Assembly (NCBI RefSeq): GCF_006345805.1
Contig: NC_043004.1
Location: 37,076,001-37,140,000 of the forward strand
Direction of reading: 5' to 3'
Source: Octopus sinensis
Taxonomy: Eukaryota
DNA length: 64,000 nucleotides
The translations under genes were made by a program, and so were the position numbers. The stretch's first letter is position 1; every line of letters begins with the position of its first letter. The notes beneath the pieces are model-generated. The model ran no database searches and was not told the DNA's origin. It saw only the letters and a list, made by a program, of their open reading frames with translations. Positions 27,767 to 40,250 of the stretch are shown piece by piece.

Positions 27767-30745
27767 CGTACTCAGCATCAGTTACACCTTCGCCTACACT
27801 GCCCGTACTCAGCATCATTAGCGTCTTCCCCATCACTGCCCATACTCAGCATCGTGGTCGCGGTCTCTGATTTTGTCGAGATATTTGTTCTGGACACAGT
27901 TTTGTAAACAGACGATGGCATGATAACTTTAAGGAACGGCCATCTCATGCATGAATTCGCGATGTACTTTATAAACATCTTCAAAAATTTCGGTCTAATT
28001 TACTGGATTTTACTCAAAATCTCACACGCAAGCAAATAGTATTCTTGCAGAAAACCGTACTCAGCATCATTAGCGTCTTCCCCTTCAATGCCCGTACTCA
28101 GCATCATTAGCGTCTTCCCCATCACTGCCCGTACTCAGCATCATTAGCGTCTTCCCCATCACTGCCCATACTCAGCATCATTAGCATCTTCCCAATCACT
28201 GCCCGTACTCAGCATCATTAGCGTCTTCCCCATCACTGCCCGTACTCAGTATCATTAGCATCTTTCCCTTCACTGCCCGTACTCAGCATCATTAGCATCT
28301 TCCCCATCACTGCCCGTACTCAGCATCATTAGCTTCTTTCCCTTCACTGCCCGTACTCAGCATCATTAGCATCTTCCCCATCACTGCCCGTACTCAGCAT
28401 CATTAGCATCTTCCCCATCACTGCCCGTACTCAGCATCATTAGCATCTTCCCCTTCACTGCCCGTACTCAGCATCATTAGCGTCTTCCCCATCACTGCCC
28501 GTACTCAGCATCATTAGCATCTTCCCCATCACTGCCCGTACTCAGCATCATTAGCATCTTCCCCTTCACTGCCCGTACTCAGCATCATTAGCATCTTCCC
28601 TTCACTGCCCGTACTCAGCATCATTAGCATCTTCCCCTTCACTGCCCGTACTCAGCATCATTAGCGTCTTCCCCTTCACTGCCCGTACTCAGCATCATTA
28701 GCGTCTTCCCCTTCACTGCCCGTACTCAGCATCATTAGCATCTTCCCCTTCACTGCCCGTACTCAGCATCATTAGCATCTTCCCCTTCACTGCCCGTACT
28801 CAGCATCATTAGCGTCTACCCCTTCACTGCCCGTACTCAGCATCATTAGCATCTTCCCCTTCACTGCCCGTACTCAGCATCATTAGCATCTTCCCCTTCA
28901 CTGCCCGTACTCAGCATCATTAGCATCTTCCCCTTCACTGCCCGTACTCAGCATCATTAGCGTCTTCCCCTTCACTGCCCGTACTCAGCATCATTAGCGT
29001 CTTCCCCTTCACTGCCCGTACTCAGCATCATTAGCATCTTCCCCTTCACTGCCCGTACTCAGCATCATTAGCGTCTTCCCCTTCACTGCCCGTACTCAGC
29101 ATCATTAGCATCTTCCCCTTCACTGCCCGTACTCAGCATCATTAGCATCTTCCCCTTCACTGCCCGTACTCAGTATCATTAGCGTCTTCCCCTTCACTGC
29201 CCGTACTCAGCATCATTAGCGTCTTCCCCATCACTGCCCGTACTCAGCATCATTAGCGTCTTCCCCTTCACTGCCCGTACTCAGCATCATTAGCATCTTC
29301 CCCTTCACTGCCCGTACTCAGCATCATTAGCGTCTTCCCCTTCACTGCACGTACTCAGCATCATTAGCGTCTTCCCCTTCACTGCCCGTACTCAGCATCA
29401 TTAGCGTCTTCCCCATCACTGCCCGTACTCAGCATCATTAGCGTCTTCCCCTTCAATGCCCGTACTCAGCATCATTAGCGTCTTCCCCATCACTGCCCGT
29501 ACTCAGCATCATTAGCGTCTTCCCCTTCACTGCCCGTACTCAGCATCATTAGCATCTTCCCCATCACTGCCCGTACTCAGCATCATTAGCGTCTTCCCCT
29601 TCACTGCCCGTACTCAGCATCATTAGCGTCTTCCCCTTCACTGCCCGTACTCAGCATCATTAGCATCTTCCCCTTCAATGCCCGTACTCAGCATCATTAG
29701 CGTCTTCCCCTTCACTGCCCGTACTCAGCATCATTAGCGTCTTCCCCTTCACTGCCCGTACTCAGCATCATTAGCGTCTTCCCCTTCACTGCCCGTACTC
29801 AGCATCATTAGCGTCTTCCCCTTCACTGCCCGTACTCAGCATTATTAGCATCTTCGCCTTCACTGCCCGTACTCAGCATCATTAGCATCTTCCCCTTCAC
29901 TGCCCGTACTCAGCATTATTAGCATCTTCGCCTTCACTGCCCGTACTCAGCATCATTAGCATCTTCCCCTTCACTGCCCGTACTCAGCATCATTAGCGAC
30001 TTCCCCTTCACTGCCCGTACTCAGCATCATTAGCGTCTTCCCCTTCACTGCCCGTACTCAGCATCATTAGGATCTTCCCCTTCACTGCCCGTACTCAGCA
30101 TCATTAGCATTTTCCCCTTCACTGCCCGTACTCAGCATCATTAGGATCTTTCCCTTCACTGCCCGTACTCAGCATCATTAGCGTCTTCCCCATCACTGCC
30201 CGTACTCAGCATCATTAGCGTCTTCCCCTTCACTGCCCGTACTCAGCATCATTAGCATCTTCCCCTTCACTGCCCGTACTCAGCATCATTAGCGTCTTCC
30301 CCATCACTGCCCGTACTCAGCATCATTAGCGTCTTCCCCTTCACTGCCCGTACTCAGCATCATTAGCATCTTCCCCTTCACTGCCCGTACTCAGCATCAT
30401 TATCGTCTTCCCCTTCACTGCCCGTACTCAGCATCATTAGCATCTTCCCCTTCAATGCCCGTACTCAGCATCATTAGCGTCTTCCCCTTCACTGCCCGTA
30501 CTCAGCATCATTAGCATCTTCCCCTTCACTGCCCGTACTCAGCATCATTAGCGTCTTCCCCTTCACTGCCCGTACTCAGCATCATTAGCGTCTTCCCCTT
30601 CACTGCCCGTACTCAGCATCATTAGCATCTTCGCCTTCACTGCCCGTACTCAGCATCATTAGCATCTTCCCCATCACTGCCCGTACTCAGCATCATTAGC
30701 GTCTCCCCCTTCACTGCCCGTACTCAGCATCATTAGCGTCTTCCC
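27767..30745. repeat. 37-bp minisatellite (CACTGCCCGTACTCAGCATCATTAGCRTCTTCCCCWT), about 73 units in the main block 28055-30745 plus about 2 units at 27767-27853
   Basis: Period measured directly (ACTGCCCG at 28641 and 28678). No unique spacers. Stops occur in all frames. Confidence 0.97.
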
Positions 30746-30769
30746 TGTTACCAAACTGAGTCTGTCACT

Positions 30770-31850
30770 CAATTCCGTCCATGGTTCTGATGAATTTTAG
30801 AAACAATTTAACGGGATACAATGGGTGCAACTTTGATCCAAAGCTACCCAAGCGTTTCTGTAGGTGAAACTGAAACATTTTTGCCATTTTGCCACAGATA
30901 ACACGCCCTAAATTAACGACTACCATCAGTGCTGCCACTGCTCTCCCCAAACAGTAGTTACATTGCATCATCTTCTGCCCCAACTCGTGCCAGACTCTTC
31001 TACCGTATCTGACATCTTTCTCACTTCCCAAGATATCTTTCTCACAATCATCAACTTCTATTTTCTCATTTCCTTCCACTATAACCTCACTGATTGTCAT
31101 TTCTCTCACAGTTATTTCTTTTCTCATTTCAGTCATACCAATTTCAATTCCAGATTTGAAAAAATGCCACGCTGCTTCTTAAATCCTGTAAAGATTTGAT
31201 ACGTATTTTATTCACACTCCAGTGGAACCCAACCATCAACGAAACACTGGTCTTCTACCCATTTCTGTCCTCTACTCTCACACCTACAGCCTAGAAACCT
31301 CTCTCCTTCGACTTTTCATTCAAGCATCCTACCATTTAAAAAGAAACTCCTCTGAAAATTCTAATTTCTACTCTCACTTCATAGCCGCCATACTACCTGT
31401 CTTCTCCTCCAACAAAGATGGCAATTCCTATAACCATTTACTCACTATCTCCCATCGATGCCCAACAAATGCGCTGCCTGCATATATCACACCTCCCTGT
31501 ACAGCATTAAGAGGGACCAAACACCAATCCTTCTACTTCGTTATCCAAAACTTCAGCTGCACATTCTATGTACTCTATTGCATTTAAACCCCACAGACCC
31601 CTCTGCCTCGGTGAACGAGGTTGTCACCAAGAGAATCACTCCCGCAAACACGATCGCAACGTTATCCAACGAACTCTGAACAACCAGTTTATCCATCTTT
31701 CTCAATACATTTCATTAGCCCTCATTCGGCATTTCCGTCCAACACGAGCCATCACTCTCCAAGAGACACAAACAACACGACATTATTCAACATCTTCACG
31801 AGATTTGAACGAACGACTCTTTTCCTCTTCTATCTCATGCCACCAACACA
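30770..31850 (+). mobile_element. Degenerate Penelope-like element (RT C-terminus, Cys linker, GIY-YIG endonuclease)
   Basis: PNKCAACIYHTSLYSIK and QNFSCTFYVLYCI*..LCLGERG..NHSRKH parallel the PLE pattern C..C.YI...IKGP..SFTCTS.N.IYCI.C..C..YIGETG..R..EH. Many stops and frameshifts. Confidence 0.55.
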
Positions 31851-31900
31851 TATAGAGTACACTTATAGAGTACACTTATAGAGTACACTTAGAGTACACT
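31851..31900. repeat. 13-bp tandem repeat (TATAGAGTACACT) x3 plus a shortened fourth unit
   Basis: Read directly. Confidence 0.9.
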
Positions 31901-32396
31901 TATATTCACGGACATCCAAACTATAATAATTATCTAGAGTATCTATAGAGAAATATTTTATTCATCTTTTATTTATCATTTCATTTTTAAAAGCAAATCT
32001 TTCATTTTCCCACTTTTACCATTTTTGTTGCGACTGTAGAATGTCTTTCGGAGAATAATATTTACTATTAATTAGATTTTGTCATTTTTTTTAATTTCTC
32101 AAATTTTTACTAATATTGAATAAGTGTGTGTCTGTGCGTGTGTGTGTGTGTGTGTATGGATGCATGTGTGTGTGAGAGAGAGAGAGTGTGTGTGTATGAG
32201 TACCCACAGGAGAGTATATGTGAACATCAGGTACCCATTTATATATGTCACCTCAAGTGCATATGTGTACCTGAGGCCCCTACAAAGCATGTGTACACTT
32301 ATACTTGGAGTGACGCACGCGTGTGTGTGCGTGTGTGTGAATACTGCTAGACACAATCTCATTCTAGCTATACCTATCTATCTATCTATCTATCTA

Positions 32397-32434
<38 letters not shown>

Positions 32435-32436
<2 letters not shown>

Positions 32437-32649
32437 GGCGGTGAGCTGGCAGAAACGTTAGCACACCGGGCGAAATGCATAGCCGTATTTCGTCTGCCGT
32501 TACGTTCTGAGTTCAAATTCCACCGAGGTCGACTTTGCCTTTCATCCTTTCGGAGTCGATAAATTAAGTACCAGTTACGCACTAGGGTCGATATAATCGA
32601 CTTAATCCGTTTCGCTGTCCTTGTTTAGCCCCTTGCGGGTAGTAAAGAA

Positions 32650-32652
<3 letters not shown>
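32435..32652 (+). mobile_element. tRNA-derived SINE inserted in (TA)n
   Basis: AAGGCGGTGAGCTGGCAGAAACGTTAGC...GGGTAGTAAAGAAAT, flanked on both sides by (TA)n. Confidence 0.9.
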
Positions 32653-32698
<46 letters not shown>

Positions 32699-33296
32699 CA
32701 CACGTTATGTCAAACATTTAGACTTTGTTTTCCCGCTCAATAACCACTTTTTCCTTCCATCCTCCTCCTCCTCGCTTTCTCTCTCTCATCTCCTCCTAAT
32801 CTTTACTTACCTTGTAACCAGTCTCCTCCCTTCCTCATCCTCTTCCTCCTCCTCCTTTCCCATCTAACCAATGTCTATTCCTCTCTATCACTCCTTCCAT
32901 TCTTTCCTTGTCGCTTCAACTCTTTCACCCCCCACACCCGCACACTTTAGCCATTCATTTTATGTATGCGTGTGTATATGTGGATATATGGTATGTGCAT
33001 AAAAACACACAAGGAGAGATGGAAACTTTTTTATTTGTTGTTGTTGTTGTTGTCGTTCTTGTTCAGCCACTGTTCAACGCTGGTTAAACAAACCTCTTCA
33101 GCCGTGACCATTTCGACTTTTTTACAATTACCCCACAACAATTTTATGCAATGTGTCCTTCCACTTTTCCAGATGGTAGGGTGTGCGTTTAGGGAGGGTT
33201 AGTTTCTATTTCTAGCAAAAATATGAAAGATCGCTCCGACGCTCACTTGTTCGCTTGAAGAGAGAGGAACAGAGAGAGAGCGAAAGAGGAAGAGAC

Positions 33297-33331
<35 letters not shown>

Positions 33332-33823
33332 AAAGAGACAAGCAGACATAACAGAGAGAGAGGTTATTTCGCACAAGCTTGTTGCACTCTACGTGTGACA
33401 TAAATAGATACATGTTTATATATATATATATATATATATACAAGATAAGAAAATGGAGAATATATATATATATATTTATATAAATGTGTGTATGTGTACG
33501 TGTGTGTATGTGTCCTTACTTGCGTGTGTTCTTATCTAAGTATTCGTATGTGTGTTCGTCCTTCTAAATTCCTCTCCCTAGATTCACTTTTCTCTCTATT
33601 AACCCCACACTGTTTATAGCTCCTTTACTCTCACATTTATATTATTCTTCACCATCCATACACCTCGCTTTTTTTTCTGTTCTTTTCCATCTTTCTCATC
33701 ATTTTATCTCTTCCTACAATCTAAATTACCCTCTGGTTCATATCAATAACTTCATTTCTTTTCTTTTTTTTTAATTTACATTTATTATTATTATTATCAT
33801 TATCATCATTATTATTATTATCA

Positions 33824-33869
<46 letters not shown>

Positions 33870-34066
33870 CATCATCATCATCTTCTTCTTAGTTTTTCCT
33901 ATTTGATTTGTCTTAACAACCCTACTTATATTTTCGAGACAAATGTAAAACGAATACATTCTTCTTATTCCATCTCTGAACGTCATTAGTTTTTCTCACA
34001 ATTCCTCTTCCCTATCCCTACCCCCCCCCCCCCACCAGCCACCACCAACCACACTTCCAGTTTTTC

Positions 34067-34123
<57 letters not shown>

Positions 34124-34579
34124 ACACCTCATTCTCTCTACCCCACCCCACTTCCAGTATCAACTCATTTTTCTGTTCTGCTATTTTTCCTTCTTTCTCT
34201 CCTAACACAGTGTTTCCTTCTTCAAATTTATCGCAGACAGCATATAATGACACATACATGTACACGCATATACGACCTGTATGTATATATATATTTATAT
34301 ATATATATAGTCGCGCACACGCACGCATACACATATATATGAAAATATATTTTATACTCACGTACACATTATGTATGTGTGTGCGTGTGTATGTGTATGT
34401 GTGGATGTATATGTGGGTGTATATGTGTACGTATGTGTGTGTGAATGAACGCATGAATGATACATGTGAGTGAGTCACTCAGGAACCAAGAGTTTCGTTC
34501 CAATGCACTAATACACACAGACATGCGTGTACGTGTATACAAAGCCGTATATAAGTGCGCGCGGGCGTGAGAGGGAGAA

Positions 34580-34647
<68 letters not shown>

Positions 34648-35121
34648 TGGTGTGTGTGTGTGTGTGTGTGTATGAATTCATTCAAACTTTTCTCATCTTC
34701 TCTACAATAAGTTCATACTCTCTCCCTCCTTCTCTTCCCCTCTCTCCTTCCCTCTCTTTCTCTCTCTCTAGTTACCCTCGGCTACCTAACACCGTCTCTC
34801 TTTCAAACTCTCTCCTCACACCATCCTATCTCTTACTGCCATCTAAATCACACACACTCCCACCTTCAATCAATAACTTCATTTTTTTTTCCTCTGTCTT
34901 TTATATTCATTATTATTCATAACTTCTATTCCAATTTCAAAAGTGCATCGGCATTTAATTCAGGATCCCAGAGTAACTCTTGTAGTAATGCACTTAAAAC
35001 AGCAACAACAATAACAACAACATCATGAGTAGCATCCTGAACGTTTTGGAGGTCACCCCTGTTTTTCAGTGATTCCGAGGAAGAGAGGGTCATTGTTCGA
35101 TGCATCCATGAAGAATTACGA

Positions 35122-35326
35122 CGTGGTCGCGGTCTCTGATTTTGTCGAGATATTTGTTCTGGACACAGTTTTGTAAACAGACGATGGCATGGTAACTTTA
35201 AGGAACGGCCATCTCATGCATGAATTCGGAATGTACTTTATAAACATCTTCGAAAATTTCGGTCTGATTTACTGGATTTTACTCAAAATCTCACACGCAA
35301 GCAAATAGTATTCTTGCAGAAAACCG
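35122..35326 (+). repeat. 205-bp segment duplicated at 27853-28057
   Basis: Same orientation. I count 5 substitutions in 205 bp. Confidence 0.95.
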
Positions 35327-35952
35327 AACTCGGATACTGCTTGCTTCCACAGGAACTTCAACCACCCCCAGCTGTTATTAGAAACCTAGCCACAGGTATC
35401 AGCAGAAGAATCGCCAGTTTATTAACGCAATGATAGATCTTCAACAGAGTTATGCCTTCTTACAACAACGTCTTAATTTACCAATAAATTAGCGTAAAAG
35501 GAGAACCTATCAACACTTAGAGAAAAATAATCTTCTGTTCAATCTAGATGAATCCCCTGGTGTGTCTAGAAGACTCGTGTCTCTATCTAGGCAGAGTTTC
35601 CTAAGAACCCATAACTATTATAAATGCTTTAATGCACATAATGTTTAACTTAACGACTCGTGCTGAGAGAACAGAGCTTCCACATTGCATGTAATAACAA
35701 AAACAACCACGCACCCACCCAGATTCCATCCAATGTTCTATTGAACTGACCAATGGCGGCCCCAGATATTCCCTTCCAGAATCCATCTCGAAATTCTCCG
35801 TACTCTGTCTCCGTACATCGAAAGATGTAGGTGCTCATCTGTACCTACAAAACTTTGAATCACGTGCACAGGGTCAACTTGTTAAATACCTACCCTCCAG
35901 CTACTTATGTTGATTGCTTTCGTTCGTTCAGCCACCAGACAGACAGACAGAC

Positions 35953-36025
<73 letters not shown>

Positions 36026-36773
36026 TTATATATGTGCAGGTATAGCTGTGGCACTCTCGCCTGACTGGATCTATAAATACCCAAACGAAAACAATCACTT
36101 GAACCAGCTGTAGTTTGAATAACTTCCTTCAAAAAAGTTGTCGCCAAATTTTAAGTCGCTAGAGAATGTTGGCATCCAAGTAATTCGGAAAATGGCTCAG
36201 GCTTTGAAATACGGGTGAAAAAAACATTCCAACACAGAAGCTAATATCAAATATTTACTCTTAAATTTTTTCCCGGGAGGACGCCTTTTATTTATTGATT
36301 ATTTATTTATTTTATAAGAATATTGTACAAATTAACATACTCTAAATGAATTAATATTCTAATCACTTACATTTTCAAGTATTTACTGTAATGTTTTTGT
36401 TCTTTTGTGGGGTGTCGGGGGTCAGTCACGTAGTGTATGACCTTCGTGTAAACGAATGTCCAGTTACCTACATGCCAAAGAGTATACAGACGTACATTCA
36501 TTTTTTTATATATCTTATCATAAAATACATATTAAGATTATCATAAAAGAAAAGAGGATTCCATTGTTTATTTCCAAAGTGCAATTATATTATGGTTCAT
36601 TCGCTAAACGTTACCCTAAAACGCTACAACTCGAGTTGCGGAGTTCCTGAAGTAGAGCCAGCGGAAATATACTCCTCCATCTGCGGATGGCATCAGGTAG
36701 CCCAAACTGTGCCAGTGCTCTAATCAAGACTTCAACACACAATCGACATATACCCATTAGTCCAAAATATTAG

Positions 36774-36806
<33 letters not shown>

Positions 36807-37012
36807 TTCTAAATCTCTCAGAGAGATTTACGCAGTAGCAGCACGATAAAGTGATGGTATGTTGTCAACTTAATGTTACAGTGCCATGAAAGGGAAGAAT
36901 GCTACTGCTATTTAGCTCCAGGAAACACAGTTTCCAGTTGACCATGACACATTTTCTGTGTTCTTATGTTTTCAAAGAGGGAGATAAGCACCTCCACCCA
37001 GCAAAGCCAGAA

Positions 37013-37055
37013 TCCACAGACTAGTTTCAGAGCCATTGCTCATCATCAGTCTGGA
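37013..37055 (-). ncRNA. Minimal type-I hammerhead ribozyme motif
   Basis: Minus strand TCCAGA-CTGATGA-T-GAGC(AATG)GCTC-T-GAA-ACTAGT-C-TGTGGA. Complete catalytic core, GUC triplet, palindromic stem III ACTAGT, stem I with 5 of 6 pairs. Confidence 0.75.
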
Positions 37056-37077
37056 GTAGCATGGCTTGCTAGCTGAA

Positions 37078-38341
37078 TTTTGTAAGACAATAATGTCACA
37101 TATAGATGATATAGCACAGGACAACACATACAAATAAAGTTAATGTGAGTTCGAATGAACCTTATTTAAAAATTTTAATGAAAAGATGAATTTTATATTA
37201 TAGTCTTTTTTTTTCCTTTCTGGGGAAGAGATTATGCCCGGTTATTTAAAAGGCCCAGCAGCTACTCCTTTCCTTTTTTTCTCCCAATGCAGATTAAGAA
37301 GGATTACTAGCACCCACATTTCTTAATACAGACTTCCATCTTTCCTCAAACACACTTCGCGACAGGATTCGCTTCATCTTCCAGTACCTGGGTCCCTGTC
37401 TATGACATTTATCTATATGTACCTCACACATTACAAATTTGTGATCCGTGTAAGGTACAATACAAAATTGTGGACAACTGAAAGTATCCCTATCTCTATC
37501 TAATACCCGATCTACGTAAGATCTGCGTGAGCCGTCGTTATTACTCCACGTCCACTGTGGAACGAACGGCTCATCCAGTCTGTAACGGTCTACTAGATTA
37601 AAGCTCTCTAGTAAACCCTTGAGGCCAGGGTTTCCCTTTCTATCAGTCGAGCAAAGACTATCCACCCGTGTATCGAAGATAGATTTAAAGTCGCCTAACA
37701 GAACTATCGTTGATGACGTCACGAGACCGCTTCAGGTCTCGATAAAAACCAGACTGCCTACCCTCCTTAGTAGTGTAGACAGCTACCAGCCTGAAGGACT
37801 GTTTACTCACATGGGTCACATCCAGGACAACCAGCCTACCTTCTGGGTCTAGAAAGACTGTACTTACCTGTACGTCCAAGTTCTTCCTGAATAAGACCGC
37901 CATGCCCACCCACCTCTTTGTCGGCTAGGAGAAATAAATTCCTCACAGCCATTCAAGATAGGCGAGAATGCTTGTGGTCCACTCATCTTGGACTCAGTTA
38001 CTATGCATACATCTATAACATGTGACCTGAGTTCAGATTAAATTCCATAACGAATGACGCAAAAATTTTCAGAATAAATTAAGCGAAGAGAGTAAAAAGA
38101 AAAAAAACAACAGTTCACAATTTTTCACAATAAATTTTCAAATAAAGAATTAACAGAAATTTTCCACCCTGAACGACGAAAATTACTGTTTGTCAAAAGA
38201 CTCAGTTCAAATCCAATCAAGATTTTTGACAATAACACAAATAAACAAGGAACAGACAGAAACAAACTCACATAACATAGGCTAGCAAAAATGACGATAT
38301 CGACGTATCGCAGGAAAAAAAGGCGTGGCTTGCTAACTGAA
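37078..38341 (-). mobile_element. Tx1/L1-like LINE copy C (5'UTR, AP-endonuclease domain, 3' end; two large internal deletions)
   Basis: LRSHVIDVCIVTESK, GMAVLFRK, VLLGDFKS, QWTWSN, SYVDRV, YTDHKFV, GPRYWK are APE motifs. The frame then jumps directly to RILSRSVFEERWK and the 3'UTR. Confidence 0.85.
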
Positions 38342-40250
38342 TTTTTTATTAAGACAATAATGTCACACGTAGATAGTACAGCACAGGACAACACATACAA
38401 ACGAAGTTGATGCGAGTTCAAATGAACCCTATTTAAAAATTTTAGTGAAAAGATGAATTCTATATTATATAGTCTTTTTTCCTCCTTTTGGGGAGGGGAT
38501 TATGCCCGGTAACCTAAAAGGCCCAGCGGCTACCCCTTTCCTTTTTTTCCTCCCAATGCTGGTTAAGTAGGGTTAATAGCACCCACCTTTCTTAACACAG
38601 CCTTCCAATCTTTCCTCGAACACACTTCGCGACAGGATTCTCCTCTCCAGCCCTATCTTGCTCTCCAGATGGTATCTGAAGTAAAGTAGAAAACCAGGGC
38701 TAGAGATAAAGGATCCCGTCACGAATCCTTGTATTCTAGTCTTCCAAACATATTCTTTCAATGCAGCAACTAACTGTACAGAGAAAACATACATTGGCGG
38801 TACAATCTTTATTATAGATTCAGCCGAGGCGCAAGCTGATGGACTTGTCCTTGTTAACTTTTGCCCCTGCTACCGTCTCGTATCATGTGACCTGAGGTCG
38901 TGCAAGAAACAAGCTTGTTTCCATTTCGACCCCTGACCATGCACATTCATGCACCCTAACTTAATCAACATGGTACAAAAATTTTCAAAAGGCGTACTTA
39001 CAGTTGGGTTTGGAGAGGGGCTACACAAATCCGCTTTCCTCTCCATCCTTCTCTTTACTTGATGTGATCGCTGGCCTTTTTCTAGGTGTGGCGGCCGGGC
39101 TTACAATTAGCCTCCCCTCCGTCGTTCTTTAACATTTGTGTTGACACTTTCTTTGCTTCGCTAGCCGACCCGAACTGTCTCAACAGTGGCATTTCTCGCT
39201 CCTCGACTAACGAAGCGAACTTTATGCCATATTGGCGCCATACATTTCTCTACTGTTTCATTTTTAACATCCATTATTCTTTTCTCTTTGACGTTATATA
39301 TCTTGTATGGAAGCACTCCGTCGGTTCCGACGACGAGGGTTCCGGTTGATCCGATCAACGGAACAGCCTGCTCGTGAAATTAACGTGTAAGTGGCTGAGC
39401 ACTCCACAGACACGTGTACCCTTAACGTAGTTCTCGGGGATATTCAGCGTGACACAGAGAGTGACAAGGCCGGCCCCTTGAAATACAGGTACAACAGAAA
39501 CAGGAAGTAAGAGAAAGTTGTGGTGAAAGAGTACAGCAGGGATCACCACCATCCCCTGCCGGAGCCTCGTGGAGCTTTTTAGGTGTTTTCGCTCAATAAA
39601 CACTCACAACGCCCGGTCGAAACCGCGATCCTACGACCGCGAGTCCGCTGCCCTAACCACTGGGCCATTGCGCCTCCACGTATCTTGTATACAACTGTTT
39701 TGGCATTAATGGCCTGTACCGTCTCCGGGCGCGGCAACAACTTTGTATCCGCTCCACTGTTTTTTATCAGATTCCTGAACTTAAAAAGTCGTTCCATGGT
39801 GACTTCAAGCTCGGTCACGCTGCCACCCACTGCAGCTGAAAAACTCTGTTTCTCCCTGGTATCCTCGTTATTAACAGTTTGATTTCCTTTCCCCATCTCG
39901 GGAATATCCTTCTTAGAAGAGATGTTAAATTCCATAACGAATTTTCACAAACTTGTCACGAATGACACAAAAATTTTCAGAATAAATTACCCGTAAAAAT
40001 TTTTAAAAAAAAAAACAACTGTTCACAATTTTTCACAATAAATTTTCAAATAGAGAATTAACAGAAATTTTCCACCCTGAAGGGCGAAAATTACTGCTTG
40101 TCAAAAGACAACAGTTCAAATCCACTCAAGATTTTTCACAATAACACAAATAAACAAGGAACAGACAGAAATAAACACACATAACATAGGCTAGCAAAAA
40201 TGTCGATATCGACGTATCGCAGAAGAAGGAGGCGTGGCTTGCTAACTGAA
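38342..40250 (-). mobile_element. Tx1/L1-like LINE copy B (5'UTR, ORF1 from 39935, ORF2 start at 38971, short RT piece, 3' end)
   Basis: MEFNISSKK... ORF1 is split by a SINE. MLIKLGCMNVHGQGSKWKQACFLHDLRSHD (APE N-terminus) is fused to YETVAGAKVNKDKS (RT). The 3'UTR is shared with copies A and C. Confidence 0.8.
39309..39680 (-). mobile_element. OR-like SINE (tail type 2) inserted in LINE ORF1 with a 10-bp TSD
   Basis: TATCTTGTAT at 39299-39308 and 39681-39690. Removing the insert rejoins ...KTVVYKI-YNVKEKR... Confidence 0.9.

Noticed and set aside
28055-30745. CRISPR-like array (37-bp repeat length)
   Set aside because: Units are directly adjacent with no unique spacers, there are no cas genes, and the context is eukaryotic. 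It is a minisatellite.
30787-30810. CTGATGA-ATTTTA-GAAACAATTTA as a hammerhead
   Set aside because: No stem II can form, stem III lacks the G needed for the palindrome, and there is no stem I.
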